Virus record (IMG/VR): IMGVR_UViG_3300024999_000004
Span: 1 to 64,000 of that record
Reading direction: 5' to 3' (one strand)
Length of the DNA: 64,000 nt
Origin: a virus
Part shown: one piece after another, positions 44,356 through 53,368 of the stretch
How the letters are laid out: each line of letters opens with the position of its first letter
Numbering within the stretch: position 1 is the stretch's first letter
Program-made: the position numbers and the translations under genes
Notes under the pieces: generated by a model
Seen by the model: the letters and a program-made list of their open reading frames with translations, nothing else
What the model was told of the DNA's origin: nothing
Databases searched by the model: none

Positions 44356-44940
44356 ATGATGCAGGATTCACAGATGCTTGACCCCCACGCCGTGTTTTGT
44401 TCCCTTTTTCGTGGAGGAAGCAAGGCTCACGGTCAGCTTCTTCGCGGTAAAGTTTACTCCACGATCTTTGGGCCGACGACCCCCGCCGACTACGCCTCTC
44501 ATCTGGCGGGGCACATAAGCCTCGGGATCGTCCCTGTTCTTGACGACGGATCTTGCCGTTTCGGAGTCATCGACGTGGATTTGATTCCGTCCATTTCCTC
44601 GGGAGGGGAGGCGCATTTGATCCGCGAAGCGTGGAAGCTCGGGCTCCGCCCGTTCCGGTCAAAAAGCGGAGGGCTTCATTTGTACGCTTTCTTTCGTGTC
44701 ACGGAAGCTGCGGAGGAAATTCGTGACTATCTTCTTGAACTTTGTCAGGAACTCAGTCTCCCGCAAAATACCGACATTTTCCCTCGGACATCAAGGGACT
44801 TCCTGTCATGGGTCAATCTCCCTTATTTCGGGGATACCCGACGCATGATTATGCAGGATGGGTGTGAGGTCTCTTTTCATGAGGCCATGGAATCTCTATC
44901 CCGATTTCTGCCTTCAGTAAAAGGAGCCACAGATGCTTGA
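44356..44940 (+). CDS. Stand-alone archaeo-eukaryotic primase (AEP / prim-pol) catalytic domain
   Basis: HL.G..SLGI.P...CRFGVIDVD (DxD), RSKSGGLHLY.FF (SxH), IFP...VNLPYFG. Confidence 0.75.
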   Translation: MMQDSQMLDPHAVFCSLFRGGSKAHGQLLRGKVYSTIFGPTTPADYASHLAGHISLGIVPVLDDGSCRFGVIDVDLIPSISSGGEAHLIREAWKLGLRPFRSKSGGLHLYAFFRVTEAAEEIRDYLLELCQELSLPQNTDIFPRTSRDFLSWVNLPYFGDTRRMIMQDGCEVSFHEAMESLSRFLPSVKGATDA

Positions 44941-45529
44941 ACTCCGTATCGTCACTTTCGTGTTTATCTTGTGGGGAGTCGCTTCCCTGTCCTTCTCGCT
45001 CGGGTTTATCTTGTGCTCTTTGTTCAAAATATCCCCGCCGGAGCCAGACTCCCCTGTAACCAGCGGGGAGATCGAAGTCGGCTCCCGTGTCTCTTTTAAG
45101 TCGGCTGGCGGCTACTGTTGGAGCGTTCCTCATCAGAATTTCTACGGGATCGTGGAAGAGTTGGGGGCAACTTCCTGCAATGTCGCCATCTACGACAGGA
45201 GAACAGGGAAGAGAAGCCAGATTCTTGACTCCCGGCATCCCGAGCCATGGACCTTCCTGTTTTCGGAGATTGGGTTGGAGGAAAAGCCGAAACTCGATCC
45301 GAAATTCAAAGTCGGAGACAAAGTTGTTCCGATCAGCAAGTCAGTGGGGGATACTTTGGAAGGGTCCTTCGCGTGGAAAGAGGCCAAGGCAGGAAGAGGC
45401 TTCCTTGTTTTTGAGGGAATCGACATTGATATTCCTTGTCTCGTCTGCGACGGCGATTTCTTCCTCGAAGAGGATCTTGTTTTGTACGATCCTCCGGCCT
45501 CGGGGCCTGTGCATCTTCACGAAAACTGA
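44933..45529 (+). CDS. Membrane-anchored protein with SH3-like domains
   Basis: N-terminal TM; KFKVGDKVVP.SKS. Confidence 0.55.
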   Translation: MLELRIVTFVFILWGVASLSFSLGFILCSLFKISPPEPDSPVTSGEIEVGSRVSFKSAGGYCWSVPHQNFYGIVEELGATSCNVAIYDRRTGKRSQILDSRHPEPWTFLFSEIGLEEKPKLDPKFKVGDKVVPISKSVGDTLEGSFAWKEAKAGRGFLVFEGIDIDIPCLVCDGDFFLEEDLVLYDPPASGPVHLHEN

Positions 45530-45582
45530 TTTTCAAGTTTTTCTTTGTTTGAAGTCGCCGCGTAAGAACGAAGATAATTGTA

Positions 45583-45611
45583 TTGACATAACATCTACTA
45601 CATGATACAAT
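45583..45611 (+). promoter_or_regulatory. Sigma70 promoter
   Basis: TTGACA-17-TACAAT, extended -10 TG. Confidence 0.8.
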
Positions 45612-45637
45612 AGAGTCTAAGATTCAGGAGGCCCTAG

Positions 45638-46015
45638 ATGGATAATTTGTTCGAGAAAGCGCTGCGCATGAAACTCCGGTTCCCGCTCCTGGGAAGTCTC
45701 ACCTGCGAGGACCTGTGGGATGTCGGCGTGGAGCAGCTTGACGCCTGCTTCCAGCTCCTTAGTCCTAAAGGGGTAGCCGGGGTATCTTTGCTCAAACCCG
45801 AGGGCTACAAGGACGAGAAGCTTGAGCTTCAGCTTGAAATCCTCCGCCGTGTCGTGGAGGTAAAGCTGGCGGAAGCACAGGCCAAGACCGAAGCCAAGGC
45901 CCGCAAGGCCAAGCGGCAGAAACTCATGGAAGTCCTCGAATCCAAGAAGGAAGGGGAACTCCTCGGGAAGACGACCGAGGAACTCCAGAAGATGCTGGAC
46001 GATCTCGAAGGCTGA
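45638..46015 (+). CDS. Conserved phage helical protein (FEKA.R.KLRF...G.LT.EDLWD)
   Basis: Recognisable phage pattern; RBS AGGAGG. Confidence 0.75.
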   Translation: MDNLFEKALRMKLRFPLLGSLTCEDLWDVGVEQLDACFQLLSPKGVAGVSLLKPEGYKDEKLELQLEILRRVVEVKLAEAQAKTEAKARKAKRQKLMEVLESKKEGELLGKTTEELQKMLDDLEG

Positions 46016-46081
46016 GGAAAAGGCCGGAGCGCCCCTTCCGAGCAAACGGCGGGGGCGCTATTTTTGCAAAGGAGTAAATCA

Positions 46082-48277
46082 ATGGAATTCAAGCAGTTCA
46101 AGAAGGCTCTTCAGGACCACGTTGCGGTTATGTTGTCAGGAGGGGATCAGCTCTTCCTTGTCAATATCCCCGACTTTCCCCCTGTGCCGGGGAACACCGC
46201 ACCCGGGGCCAATTCTCGCCTGTGGAACACCTACCTCAACACCTTCCCCGCAGGCACCAACGAAATCTTCCGCGAGCGAAGGGAGTACGATTGCAGTGCC
46301 TGCAGATCCTTCATCAAGGAGCACAACGGCACCGGGCTCTCCTCCGGGGGTATCGGCAACGTAGTCACGATCAAGGAAGGGAAGATAACTTCCATTTGGG
46401 ACTTCTGGGATTCCTTGCCCGAAGACAGCGAGTACAAGCCCTCGGTAAAAGCAATGTCCGCTATCGTGCGTCATGCTGCCATGGCCGAGGACGGGATCTC
46501 CGATGTCTTTGTCTATCAGTCCCCCTCCTTCGGCATCGACAAGAACAGGGAGGAGGCCACAGACGGGAGTATCCTCACTTGGGAGCACCTGCACGTGAAG
46601 CTCCCTCCCGCCTACGCTTCCAAATGCTCCTCTTCCGTCGCCCCCGCGACAGCGGCCTTCCGCGACGCCCGCAACGTCTTCAAGCGTTCCCTGGACGAGA
46701 TCACCATCGATTCCACAGAGACCGTGCTCGAACTCATCGCATCCAATTCCCTGTACAAAGGAGAGGAAAATACCGGCCTTCTTCAGGCCTTCCTTGCCCT
46801 CCAGAAGGAGTACAACAACCTTCATGCGGATGGTCCTGCGCGTTCCCTGTACGCTTGGGAGAAATCCGTCCTCATAGGACCCGCGCTCGCCAAGATCCGG
46901 AATCACGCCATCGGGACGCTCCTGACCGACATATCCTGCGGAGTAGACTTGGACGAAGCCGTCCGCAAGTTCGAGGCCATGGTCGCCCCCGCCAACTACA
47001 AGCGGCCCAAGGCCATCTATACACAGGCGATGCTCAAAGCTGCCGAGGAGACCGTCTCCTCCCTCGGGTATTTTCCTTCCCTGAAGCGCCGCCATGCGAA
47101 GCTGGACGACATCTCGGTCGGCAACGTTTTGTTTGCCGACCGAGATGCCGCGCCCTTGATAGCAGGGGACGTATTTTCCTCCATGAAGGAAGAAGCCGCT
47201 GCGGTAAACCCCAAGAACTTCTCCAAGGTGGAGGAAGTGGGCATCGATACCTTCGTATCCGACATCCTGCCGTCCTCGGCTTCCTGTTCCCTGCTTCTCG
47301 AAGCCCGCCATTGCGGCAACCTCGTCTCCCTCATCGCCCCCGAGGATAAGGACGCGCCTTCCATGTTCAAATGGCCCAACGGCTTCTCCTGGGCCTACGC
47401 GGGCAACATGGCCGATTCCATGAAGCAAAGGGTCAAGGAAGCCGGAGGGAAAGTGGACGGGGACCTCCGATTCTCGATCCAGTGGAACGATGACCCACAG
47501 AATCCTTTGGCTGACCAGAATGATCTGGACGCGCACTGCATCGAACCCGGAGGCAATGAAATCTACTACGGCACGGCGAAGGGCAGAGCCATTCATCGCT
47601 CGGGAGGAGAGCTGGACGTGGATATCCGCGTTCCCGGAATGTCTGTCGCCGTGGAGAACATCACGTGGCCGGACAGGGACCGGATGCCCGAGGGTGTCTA
47701 CAAGTTGTTCGTCCGTAATTTCGACCATCGCGGAGGCAGGACCGGCTTCAAGGCCGAGGTCGAATTCGACGGCCAGATTCATTCCTTTGTCTACGGGAAG
47801 GAAGTGAAGCAAGCCCAGAACGTTCAGGTAGCCGAGGTGATGTACAGCAGATTGGGGGGTTTTGATATCGTCGAGAAGATTCCCTCCGAACTGGGGGCGG
47901 GCTCTTCCCGCAAGGTGTGGGGCGTCAACACCAATACCTTTGTTCCCGTGGTCGCGGCCATGCACAGCCCGAATTTCTGGCTTGATTTCTCCAGTGATGA
48001 AGCAGAGCGGGCCTTACGAACGGGAGTCGGCAACAAGCACTTCTTCTTCATGCTCAAAGGTTGCGTCAATCCCGAGCAGCCCAACGGCTTCTTCAACGAG
48101 TACCTGAAGGAAGAGTTGATGCAGCACAAGCGGGTCTTCGAGGCCCTGGGCGCGAGGATGAAGGTGGCGGAGAGTCCTGATCAGCTCTCGGGAGTTGGAT
48201 TCAGCTCCACGCAGAGGAACCATTTCTTTGCGAAAGTAGAGGGTCGGGTGGCTCGGGTTCTCAAGGTCATGGTTTGA
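46082..48277 (+). CDS. Large conserved phage protein with C-terminal YfaP/TerD-like beta domain
   Basis: LW..YL..FP.G.N.IFR.R.EYDC..CR.FI; KRR.A; LRFSIQWN...DLDAHC.EP...LDVD...AVENITW; QLSG.GFS.T. Confidence 0.75.
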   Translation: MEFKQFKKALQDHVAVMLSGGDQLFLVNIPDFPPVPGNTAPGANSRLWNTYLNTFPAGTNEIFRERREYDCSACRSFIKEHNGTGLSSGGIGNVVTIKEGKITSIWDFWDSLPEDSEYKPSVKAMSAIVRHAAMAEDGISDVFVYQSPSFGIDKNREEATDGSILTWEHLHVKLPPAYASKCSSSVAPATAAFRDARNVFKRSLDEITIDSTETVLELIASNSLYKGEENTGLLQAFLALQKEYNNLHADGPARSLYAWEKSVLIGPALAKIRNHAIGTLLTDISCGVDLDEAVRKFEAMVAPANYKRPKAIYTQAMLKAAEETVSSLGYFPSLKRRHAKLDDISVGNVLFADRDAAPLIAGDVFSSMKEEAAAVNPKNFSKVEEVGIDTFVSDILPSSASCSLLLEARHCGNLVSLIAPEDKDAPSMFKWPNGFSWAYAGNMADSMKQRVKEAGGKVDGDLRFSIQWNDDPQNPLADQNDLDAHCIEPGGNEIYYGTAKGRAIHRSGGELDVDIRVPGMSVAVENITWPDRDRMPEGVYKLFVRNFDHRGGRTGFKAEVEFDGQIHSFVYGKEVKQAQNVQVAEVMYSRLGGFDIVEKIPSELGAGSSRKVWGVNTNTFVPVVAAMHSPNFWLDFSSDEAERALRTGVGNKHFFFMLKGCVNPEQPNGFFNEYLKEELMQHKRVFEALGARMKVAESPDQLSGVGFSSTQRNHFFAKVEGRVARVLKVMV

Positions 48278-48372
48278 GAGTAGTGGTGTGAAGGGAGGGA
48301 GGAGATTGTTTTGTGGTCTCCTCCCTTTGTTTGAAGTCGCCAAATAGTAGCAGATTTTTCAGGAGGAAACTC

Positions 48373-48702
48373 ATGTTGTACTTTGTTTTCGGAATCGTTG
48401 CGGCTATCGTTTTGCTCGCCCTGCTTGTGTGGTTGGCAAACGATGCTTGCGAATGGTACAATATCATGGCGGGTGTGCTGGCATTCGTCCTCGGCGCGTT
48501 CATGTTTATCATCCTCGTATGTTACTGCGTCTTCCTGAAAGACTGGATCGGCTCCGAGTACAAAGCCACCGTCTTGAATAGGGAGTATGGGGCCTCCTAC
48601 ACCCGGGAGGAGATATTCTACGCCTCCGATGTCATTGATACCATTCGGCAGCTTGACCGGACGCGGATGGAGATAAATGGGGATCTGATGAAGAAAGAGT
48701 AA
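48373..48702 (+). CDS. Two-TM membrane protein
   Basis: Two hydrophobic helices; RBS AGGAGG. Confidence 0.65.
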   Translation: MLYFVFGIVAAIVLLALLVWLANDACEWYNIMAGVLAFVLGAFMFIILVCYCVFLKDWIGSEYKATVLNREYGASYTREEIFYASDVIDTIRQLDRTRMEINGDLMKKE

Positions 48703-48783
48703 GGCGGGATTCCCCGCGCAGGATCTTGAAGGGAGTGTGCGGAGAATTCTTTGCTTGAGGTTGTCGTCTGAGAAAGAATCTTA

Positions 48784-48812
48784 TTGACATCCAATCTCTG
48801 ATGTGATACACT
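48784..48812 (+). promoter_or_regulatory. Sigma70 promoter heading the kinase/vWA/AdSS operon
   Basis: TTGACA-17-TACACT, extended -10 TG. Confidence 0.75.
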
Positions 48813-48834
48813 ATCTCTATATGGAGGCCCTAAG

Positions 48835-49227
48835 ATGAAGCACCAGCTCTACAAGAAACAACCGAAGTCGAAGAAAACAAAGAAAGGCACCTACCCCAAG
48901 CTTTACCTCGAAGCGGAAGGCCCCGGCAGGAAGGAAACCCGGAAGCGTTGGAGCATGGCCGGACGCATGTCCTCTACGGGAAAGTTCTTCGGCGGAGTCA
49001 AACCCAAAGCGCTCGCGGGCGAGTTCCTCATGAACAGGTACCTCTCAGGGCGGAACATGGCCTCCTTCCCCTCGTGGTTCGGGTGGAAGAAGAGTTCCAC
49101 GATATCCGCCGCCTCCGGGGGGAAGGATGAATACAGGGAGCGGATGAAGGCGGCGCGGGGGCGGTCGTGGTGGTACGATAAAAGGACGGTGCGGCATCCT
49201 GCTCCGGTGCGGAAGGCTTCAGTCTAG
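48835..49227 (+). CDS. Highly basic hypothetical protein
   Basis: RBS GGAGG; K/R-rich. Confidence 0.6.
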   Translation: MKHQLYKKQPKSKKTKKGTYPKLYLEAEGPGRKETRKRWSMAGRMSSTGKFFGGVKPKALAGEFLMNRYLSGRNMASFPSWFGWKKSSTISAASGGKDEYRERMKAARGRSWWYDKRTVRHPAPVRKASV

Positions 49228-49268
49228 GAGCCCGGATTCTTTGCACCACGAAGGAAGGAGACCTGAAG

Positions 49269-50267
49269 ATGCTCGCAGCCAAAGCCATACTTGCAGCAAA
49301 GAAACCTGAAGACATCTTCTCTTCTCCTGCCTCTGAAGATTCCTTGAAGAAGGAATTCCGGGCTTTGGCGAAGAAGTGGCATCCTGATGCTTCCGCCTCA
49401 CCCCACGTCTCCTTAAACGGTGAAGTGTTCTCCCACATTGCCTCATTGTACGGAAAGGGCCTTGACAAGATTGCTTCAGGCACTTGGGGCGCGGAGGGGT
49501 TGCTCGTATTGGCGGGCAAGAAATACCCCTACCTGTCTAGTTCCCCCACGGATTCCGGAGATGTCTTTGTCGGTGATTCTTTCCTCGCTTACTTTGTGAA
49601 GAAGGAGTATTTCTCTCTCCTGAAGAACATCCCTATGTTGAAGTACAAGGATTCTTCCATGGAAAAGGAGATGAGTCGTTTCTTTGGGAGGGAAATATCC
49701 GCAACCGCCATAGCGAGGGCCTCCGCACCTGACGGCACCTACCTCCTTTACGAGAAACAGAAGGGTGAGTTTCTTCTCTCCGACGTTGTAAAAGCAGGCA
49801 CCATTCCCCCCAAACAAGCGGCATGGATTCTCAGTCGCTTGTACAACATCTCCTGCTATCTTCAATGGAGCGGCCTCGTTCATTGCGACATCAATAGCGG
49901 CACGATCTTGATTGACCCCGCGAACCACGGACTCCGGCTTGTAGGTGGCTGGTGGAACTGCCACAAGGAAGGAGAGCACCTCTCTTCCTTGCCTTCCAAG
50001 ACGTACTCCGTGCTCCCGCAGCGGCTTCTTGAAAAGAAGGAAGCTGTTCACGTTTTCGTGCAGGAGCAGATAAAGGCGGCGGGGAGGGAGATATTTACCG
50101 GGTCGGATGTTCCTGCGGCAATCAGGAATTTCCTCGAACTACCATGTGCCTCGGACAAGTCAGCGCAGTTTTATTTCTCGAAGTGGTATGAGGATATTCT
50201 TGGCAAGGCCTTCGGCCCGAAGAAATTCGTGCCCTGGGATCTTTCGGACAAGGATGTGTACAAGTAA
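49269..50267 (+). CDS. J-domain (HPD) fused to an atypical protein-kinase-like domain
   Basis: LKKEFRALAKKWHPD; AAWILSRL...LVHCDINSGTILID...LVGGWW. Confidence 0.75.
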   Translation: MLAAKAILAAKKPEDIFSSPASEDSLKKEFRALAKKWHPDASASPHVSLNGEVFSHIASLYGKGLDKIASGTWGAEGLLVLAGKKYPYLSSSPTDSGDVFVGDSFLAYFVKKEYFSLLKNIPMLKYKDSSMEKEMSRFFGREISATAIARASAPDGTYLLYEKQKGEFLLSDVVKAGTIPPKQAAWILSRLYNISCYLQWSGLVHCDINSGTILIDPANHGLRLVGGWWNCHKEGEHLSSLPSKTYSVLPQRLLEKKEAVHVFVQEQIKAAGREIFTGSDVPAAIRNFLELPCASDKSAQFYFSKWYEDILGKAFGPKKFVPWDLSDKDVYK

Positions 50268-50320
50268 GTACTCCCGTACGGGGGTGCTGAGTTTTCTGAT
50301 CAGTGAGAAGGAGTAACATT

Positions 50321-50449
50321 ATGGGTTTGGGAATTGACGAGGGATTCAAGGATTACGGCAGTGCCGAAGCGTCCGTGCAGGCTGCCCCGGTAGCCACAGA
50401 AACCGCCGCAGAAGAAGCCACAGAAACCGCCGTGGAAGGGGAGGCCTGA
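50321..50449 (+). CDS. 42-aa acidic peptide MGLGIDEGFKDYGSAEASVQAAPVATETAAEEATETAVEGEA
   Basis: RBS AAGGAG; stop 1 nt before the vWA start; below the ORF-track cut-off. Confidence 0.65.
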   Translation: MGLGIDEGFKDYGSAEASVQAAPVATETAAEEATETAVEGEA

Positions 50450-50450
50450 T

Positions 50451-51377
50451 ATGGGAGGAGGAAGCTGGAGCCCGAGTTCATGGGCCACTCACGCAACCGC
50501 TACCGCGTCGATGTCGCGCTCGGCATTGTACTCAAGCCGGGGCATCAAGAAGGAACTTGACCCCAAGGGCGTTGCCGTCAGGGAATCCCGGGACTCCACG
50601 GAGCACCCTGAATCGACGGCCATTGCCGTGTTCCTCGATGTCACCGGGTCCATGGGGTTCATCGCGGAGAAGATCGCCAAGGAGGGCCTCGGAACCTTGT
50701 TCCAGGAAATCCTGGACCGCAAGCCCGTGCCCGATCCGCAGCTCCTGTTCGGGGCCATCGGCGACGTAAGGTGCGACAGCGCCCCGCTTCAGGTGTCCCA
50801 GTTCGAGTCCGACAACAGGATCGTGGAACAGCTCACCGGCATCTACCTCGAAAGCGGCGGCGGCGGAAACGACACGGAAAGCTACGATTTCCCTTGGTAC
50901 TTCGCGGCAAAGCACATGGCCGCAGATTGCTTCGAGAAGCGTGGCAAGAAGGGTTATTTGTTTACCGTCGGCGACGAGTCCACCCCCGCAGGAATCTCCC
51001 CGGAGCATCTGAAGGAGTTCCTCGGCAGCGCAGAAGAAATCACCGAGGAACTTTCCGCCGAGGAGCTTCTGGCCATGGCGGAGAAGAAGTGGAACTGCTA
51101 TCACATCATCGTCGAGGAAGGGAACTATTGCAGCTTGCGCGGGCGTGATGCCGTCCTCCGCAAGTGGCAGGATCTCATGGGCCAGCGGGCCGTTCCCCTT
51201 TCTGACTACACCAAGCTTCCTGAAGTCATCATCTCCCTGATCCAGCTTTCCGAAGGAGCTGACAAGAAGAAGGTGGTGGATTCGTGGGACGGTTCAACGT
51301 CGGTAGCGGTCGCCGCTGCTTTGGACGGGATAGTAGCCCGCTCGGGCGGCTCGGGCGCGGGCATGGTCGCCCTTTAG
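50451..51377 (+). CDS. vWA-domain protein
   Basis: MIDAS-like LDVTGSMG; AIGD; ESGGGGN..ESY; FTVGDE. Confidence 0.85.
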   Translation: MGGGSWSPSSWATHATATASMSRSALYSSRGIKKELDPKGVAVRESRDSTEHPESTAIAVFLDVTGSMGFIAEKIAKEGLGTLFQEILDRKPVPDPQLLFGAIGDVRCDSAPLQVSQFESDNRIVEQLTGIYLESGGGGNDTESYDFPWYFAAKHMAADCFEKRGKKGYLFTVGDESTPAGISPEHLKEFLGSAEEITEELSAEELLAMAEKKWNCYHIIVEEGNYCSLRGRDAVLRKWQDLMGQRAVPLSDYTKLPEVIISLIQLSEGADKKKVVDSWDGSTSVAVAAALDGIVARSGGSGAGMVAL

Positions 51378-51394
51378 GACATAAGGAGAATCGA

Positions 51395-52564
51395 ATGAAA
51401 GGAATCGCCGTCATAGGAGCCAACTACGGAGACGAGGGGAAGGGTCTTATGACGGACTTCCTTTGTGCAAGGGAAGCCAAAGCAGGAAAGCAGGTATTCG
51501 TTGTCCGGCACAACGGAGGCGCACAGGCGGGGCATACTGTGGTGGCTCCTGCCTCAGAGGGGGGCTTCCGGCATGTCTTCCATCACTTTGGTAGTGGAAC
51601 CCTGCAAAGCATCCCCACAATCCTCGCCAAGGATTTCATTCTCAACCCCATATTGTTCCGGAAGGAATACGAGGAGCTTGAAGCTGCGGGGTACGCTCCC
51701 GAGGTTTTCGTAGACGTAAGATGCCGGATAACAACTCCGTGGGACATGGTGTACAACCAAGCACAGGAGGAAGCTAGGTCCCCCGCTGTGGCGGGAGGAG
51801 AGCGGCACGGAAGCTGTGGCGTCGGAATCAACGCCACGGTGGACAGGAATGAGGTGATTCCTTTCACTCGTGAGTCGGGTTGCCTGAGTTCGTTGGAGAG
51901 GATATCCGGGCACTACAAAAACAAGATGTTCCCTGCAGGGGTGCCATCAGAAGCCGAGAATTCTCGATTTTTTATGTCTCCGGGACTGGAAGAGGTGGGC
52001 CACGCATTCAGCTCTGATCTGTACTTCCTGATTAGGCACACTTCCGTCATGGATTATCCTCTTTGTCAACACCCCAATGCGGACAGCTTCACCTTCATCT
52101 TCGAAGGAGCCCAGGGCCTCGGACTCGATGAATATATGGGCTCCTACCCCCATGTCACGAGGTCCAATACGGGCCTGCGGAACGTCGTCGATTTCTGCCG
52201 GGAGCACAAGATAGACCTTGACGAGATTGTCTACGTGACCCGGAGCTACCTCACGAGGCACGGGAATGGGCCCATGGAAGGAACCCTATATTCTGAAGAA
52301 GCGTATTTCGAGGACAAGACGAATGTTCCGAACCCGTGGCAAGGGACTCTTCGTCAGAGTGCCATGGATGAGGAAGCCTACTTCAATATGGCGGAAAGAG
52401 TTGCATGGGATACTCAGTCAGTGGGAATGGGAAGCAAGCCGATATCTTTGGCTATCACTCACAATGACCAATTAACGTCCGAAGATTGGGAGTACTCACT
52501 TATTCCTGTCAAGTACAAAAGCTTCGGGGAGACGAGGGAAGATGTGAAGGAGACCAAAAAATGA
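51395..52564 (+). CDS. Divergent adenylosuccinate-synthetase-like protein
   Basis: GANYGDEGKG, RHNGGAQAGHTV, HGSCGVGI, FEGAQG..LD, YPHVTRSNTG, YVTRSYLTRHGNGP. Confidence 0.85.
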   Translation: MKGIAVIGANYGDEGKGLMTDFLCAREAKAGKQVFVVRHNGGAQAGHTVVAPASEGGFRHVFHHFGSGTLQSIPTILAKDFILNPILFRKEYEELEAAGYAPEVFVDVRCRITTPWDMVYNQAQEEARSPAVAGGERHGSCGVGINATVDRNEVIPFTRESGCLSSLERISGHYKNKMFPAGVPSEAENSRFFMSPGLEEVGHAFSSDLYFLIRHTSVMDYPLCQHPNADSFTFIFEGAQGLGLDEYMGSYPHVTRSNTGLRNVVDFCREHKIDLDEIVYVTRSYLTRHGNGPMEGTLYSEEAYFEDKTNVPNPWQGTLRQSAMDEEAYFNMAERVAWDTQSVGMGSKPISLAITHNDQLTSEDWEYSLIPVKYKSFGETREDVKETKK

Positions 52565-52836
52565 ACAAAACGCCTGTTACTGAACAGGAAATAAAAGAAA
52601 TATTCCACTCTTTCCTTCGAAGTAGAATTTCTGCAGGTGGATGGGAAGGCTATGCTTATACTGAATTCTGGAAATACCGAAGCGCATGCAACGAATTTCT
52701 CGAAGAACATGGTTATAAAGCCAGTTGGGCGTACTTTGAACAAACCCTGTGGGGTAATGGTGGGTGGGGGTACAAGGACAAGATGGCTTGCTACTTGCGG
52801 GTAGTCCCTGCCCACAGTCACTGTGAGACCAAGTAA
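52561..52836 (+). CDS. Hypothetical protein
   Basis: ATGA coupling; RBS AAGGAG. Confidence 0.55.
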   Translation: MNKTPVTEQEIKEIFHSFLRSRISAGGWEGYAYTEFWKYRSACNEFLEEHGYKASWAYFEQTLWGNGGWGYKDKMACYLRVVPAHSHCETK

Positions 52837-52873
52837 GCCTCTCCTCCGTCCGCCTTCATAAAGGAGCCCACAA

Positions 52874-53368
52874 ATGTCTGATACCGAAGAAAAGAAACTG
52901 ATCTGGGTCCCCGCATCATGGGCCACCGAATTCGAGGCCGCTGCTAACGAGGCTGCCCAGCGTAAAGTGATCGACGATATCCTTGCAAACACCAAGACCT
53001 CCATGCGCGGAGACCTCGAACAACTGGAAGAAGATGCCCTCCGATTCAGGGGCCTGCTCCTGGGGTACAAGGAAGCATACTCCAAGGCCCTTCAGGAACA
53101 CTTCGACGCCAGCTACAAGGTATGGGAGGATCTGGATTCCAAGATGCCTTCCATGAAGGCGAGTGCGGACAAGCTGTTGCGCGAGTTTTCGGAGGTCAAG
53201 CCTGCGGTGGAGGAGGTTGCCTCCCGAATAGCGATTATTGCAAGGGGAATGGAGAGCGTCAACACGTATCATCTGACCAGGATGATCGATCTTATCAAGG
53301 CCATCGAAGGCTGCGACGAGAAGACAAAGGATGTCCTGCGGAGGGTGCTTTCGCAGCCTTCTGTTTGA
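52874..53368 (+). CDS. Helical hypothetical protein
   Basis: RBS AAGGAG. Confidence 0.65.
   Translation: MSDTEEKKLIWVPASWATEFEAAANEAAQRKVIDDILANTKTSMRGDLEQLEEDALRFRGLLLGYKEAYSKALQEHFDASYKVWEDLDSKMPSMKASADKLLREFSEVKPAVEEVASRIAIIARGMESVNTYHLTRMIDLIKAIEGCDEKTKDVLRRVLSQPSV

Noticed and set aside
51395-52564. PurZ / Z-genome (2-aminoadenine) pathway
   Set aside because: The N-terminal motif is GDEGKG with the PurA-type Asp, not the PurZ-type Ser motif, and no adjacent DatZ or polymerase is visible.
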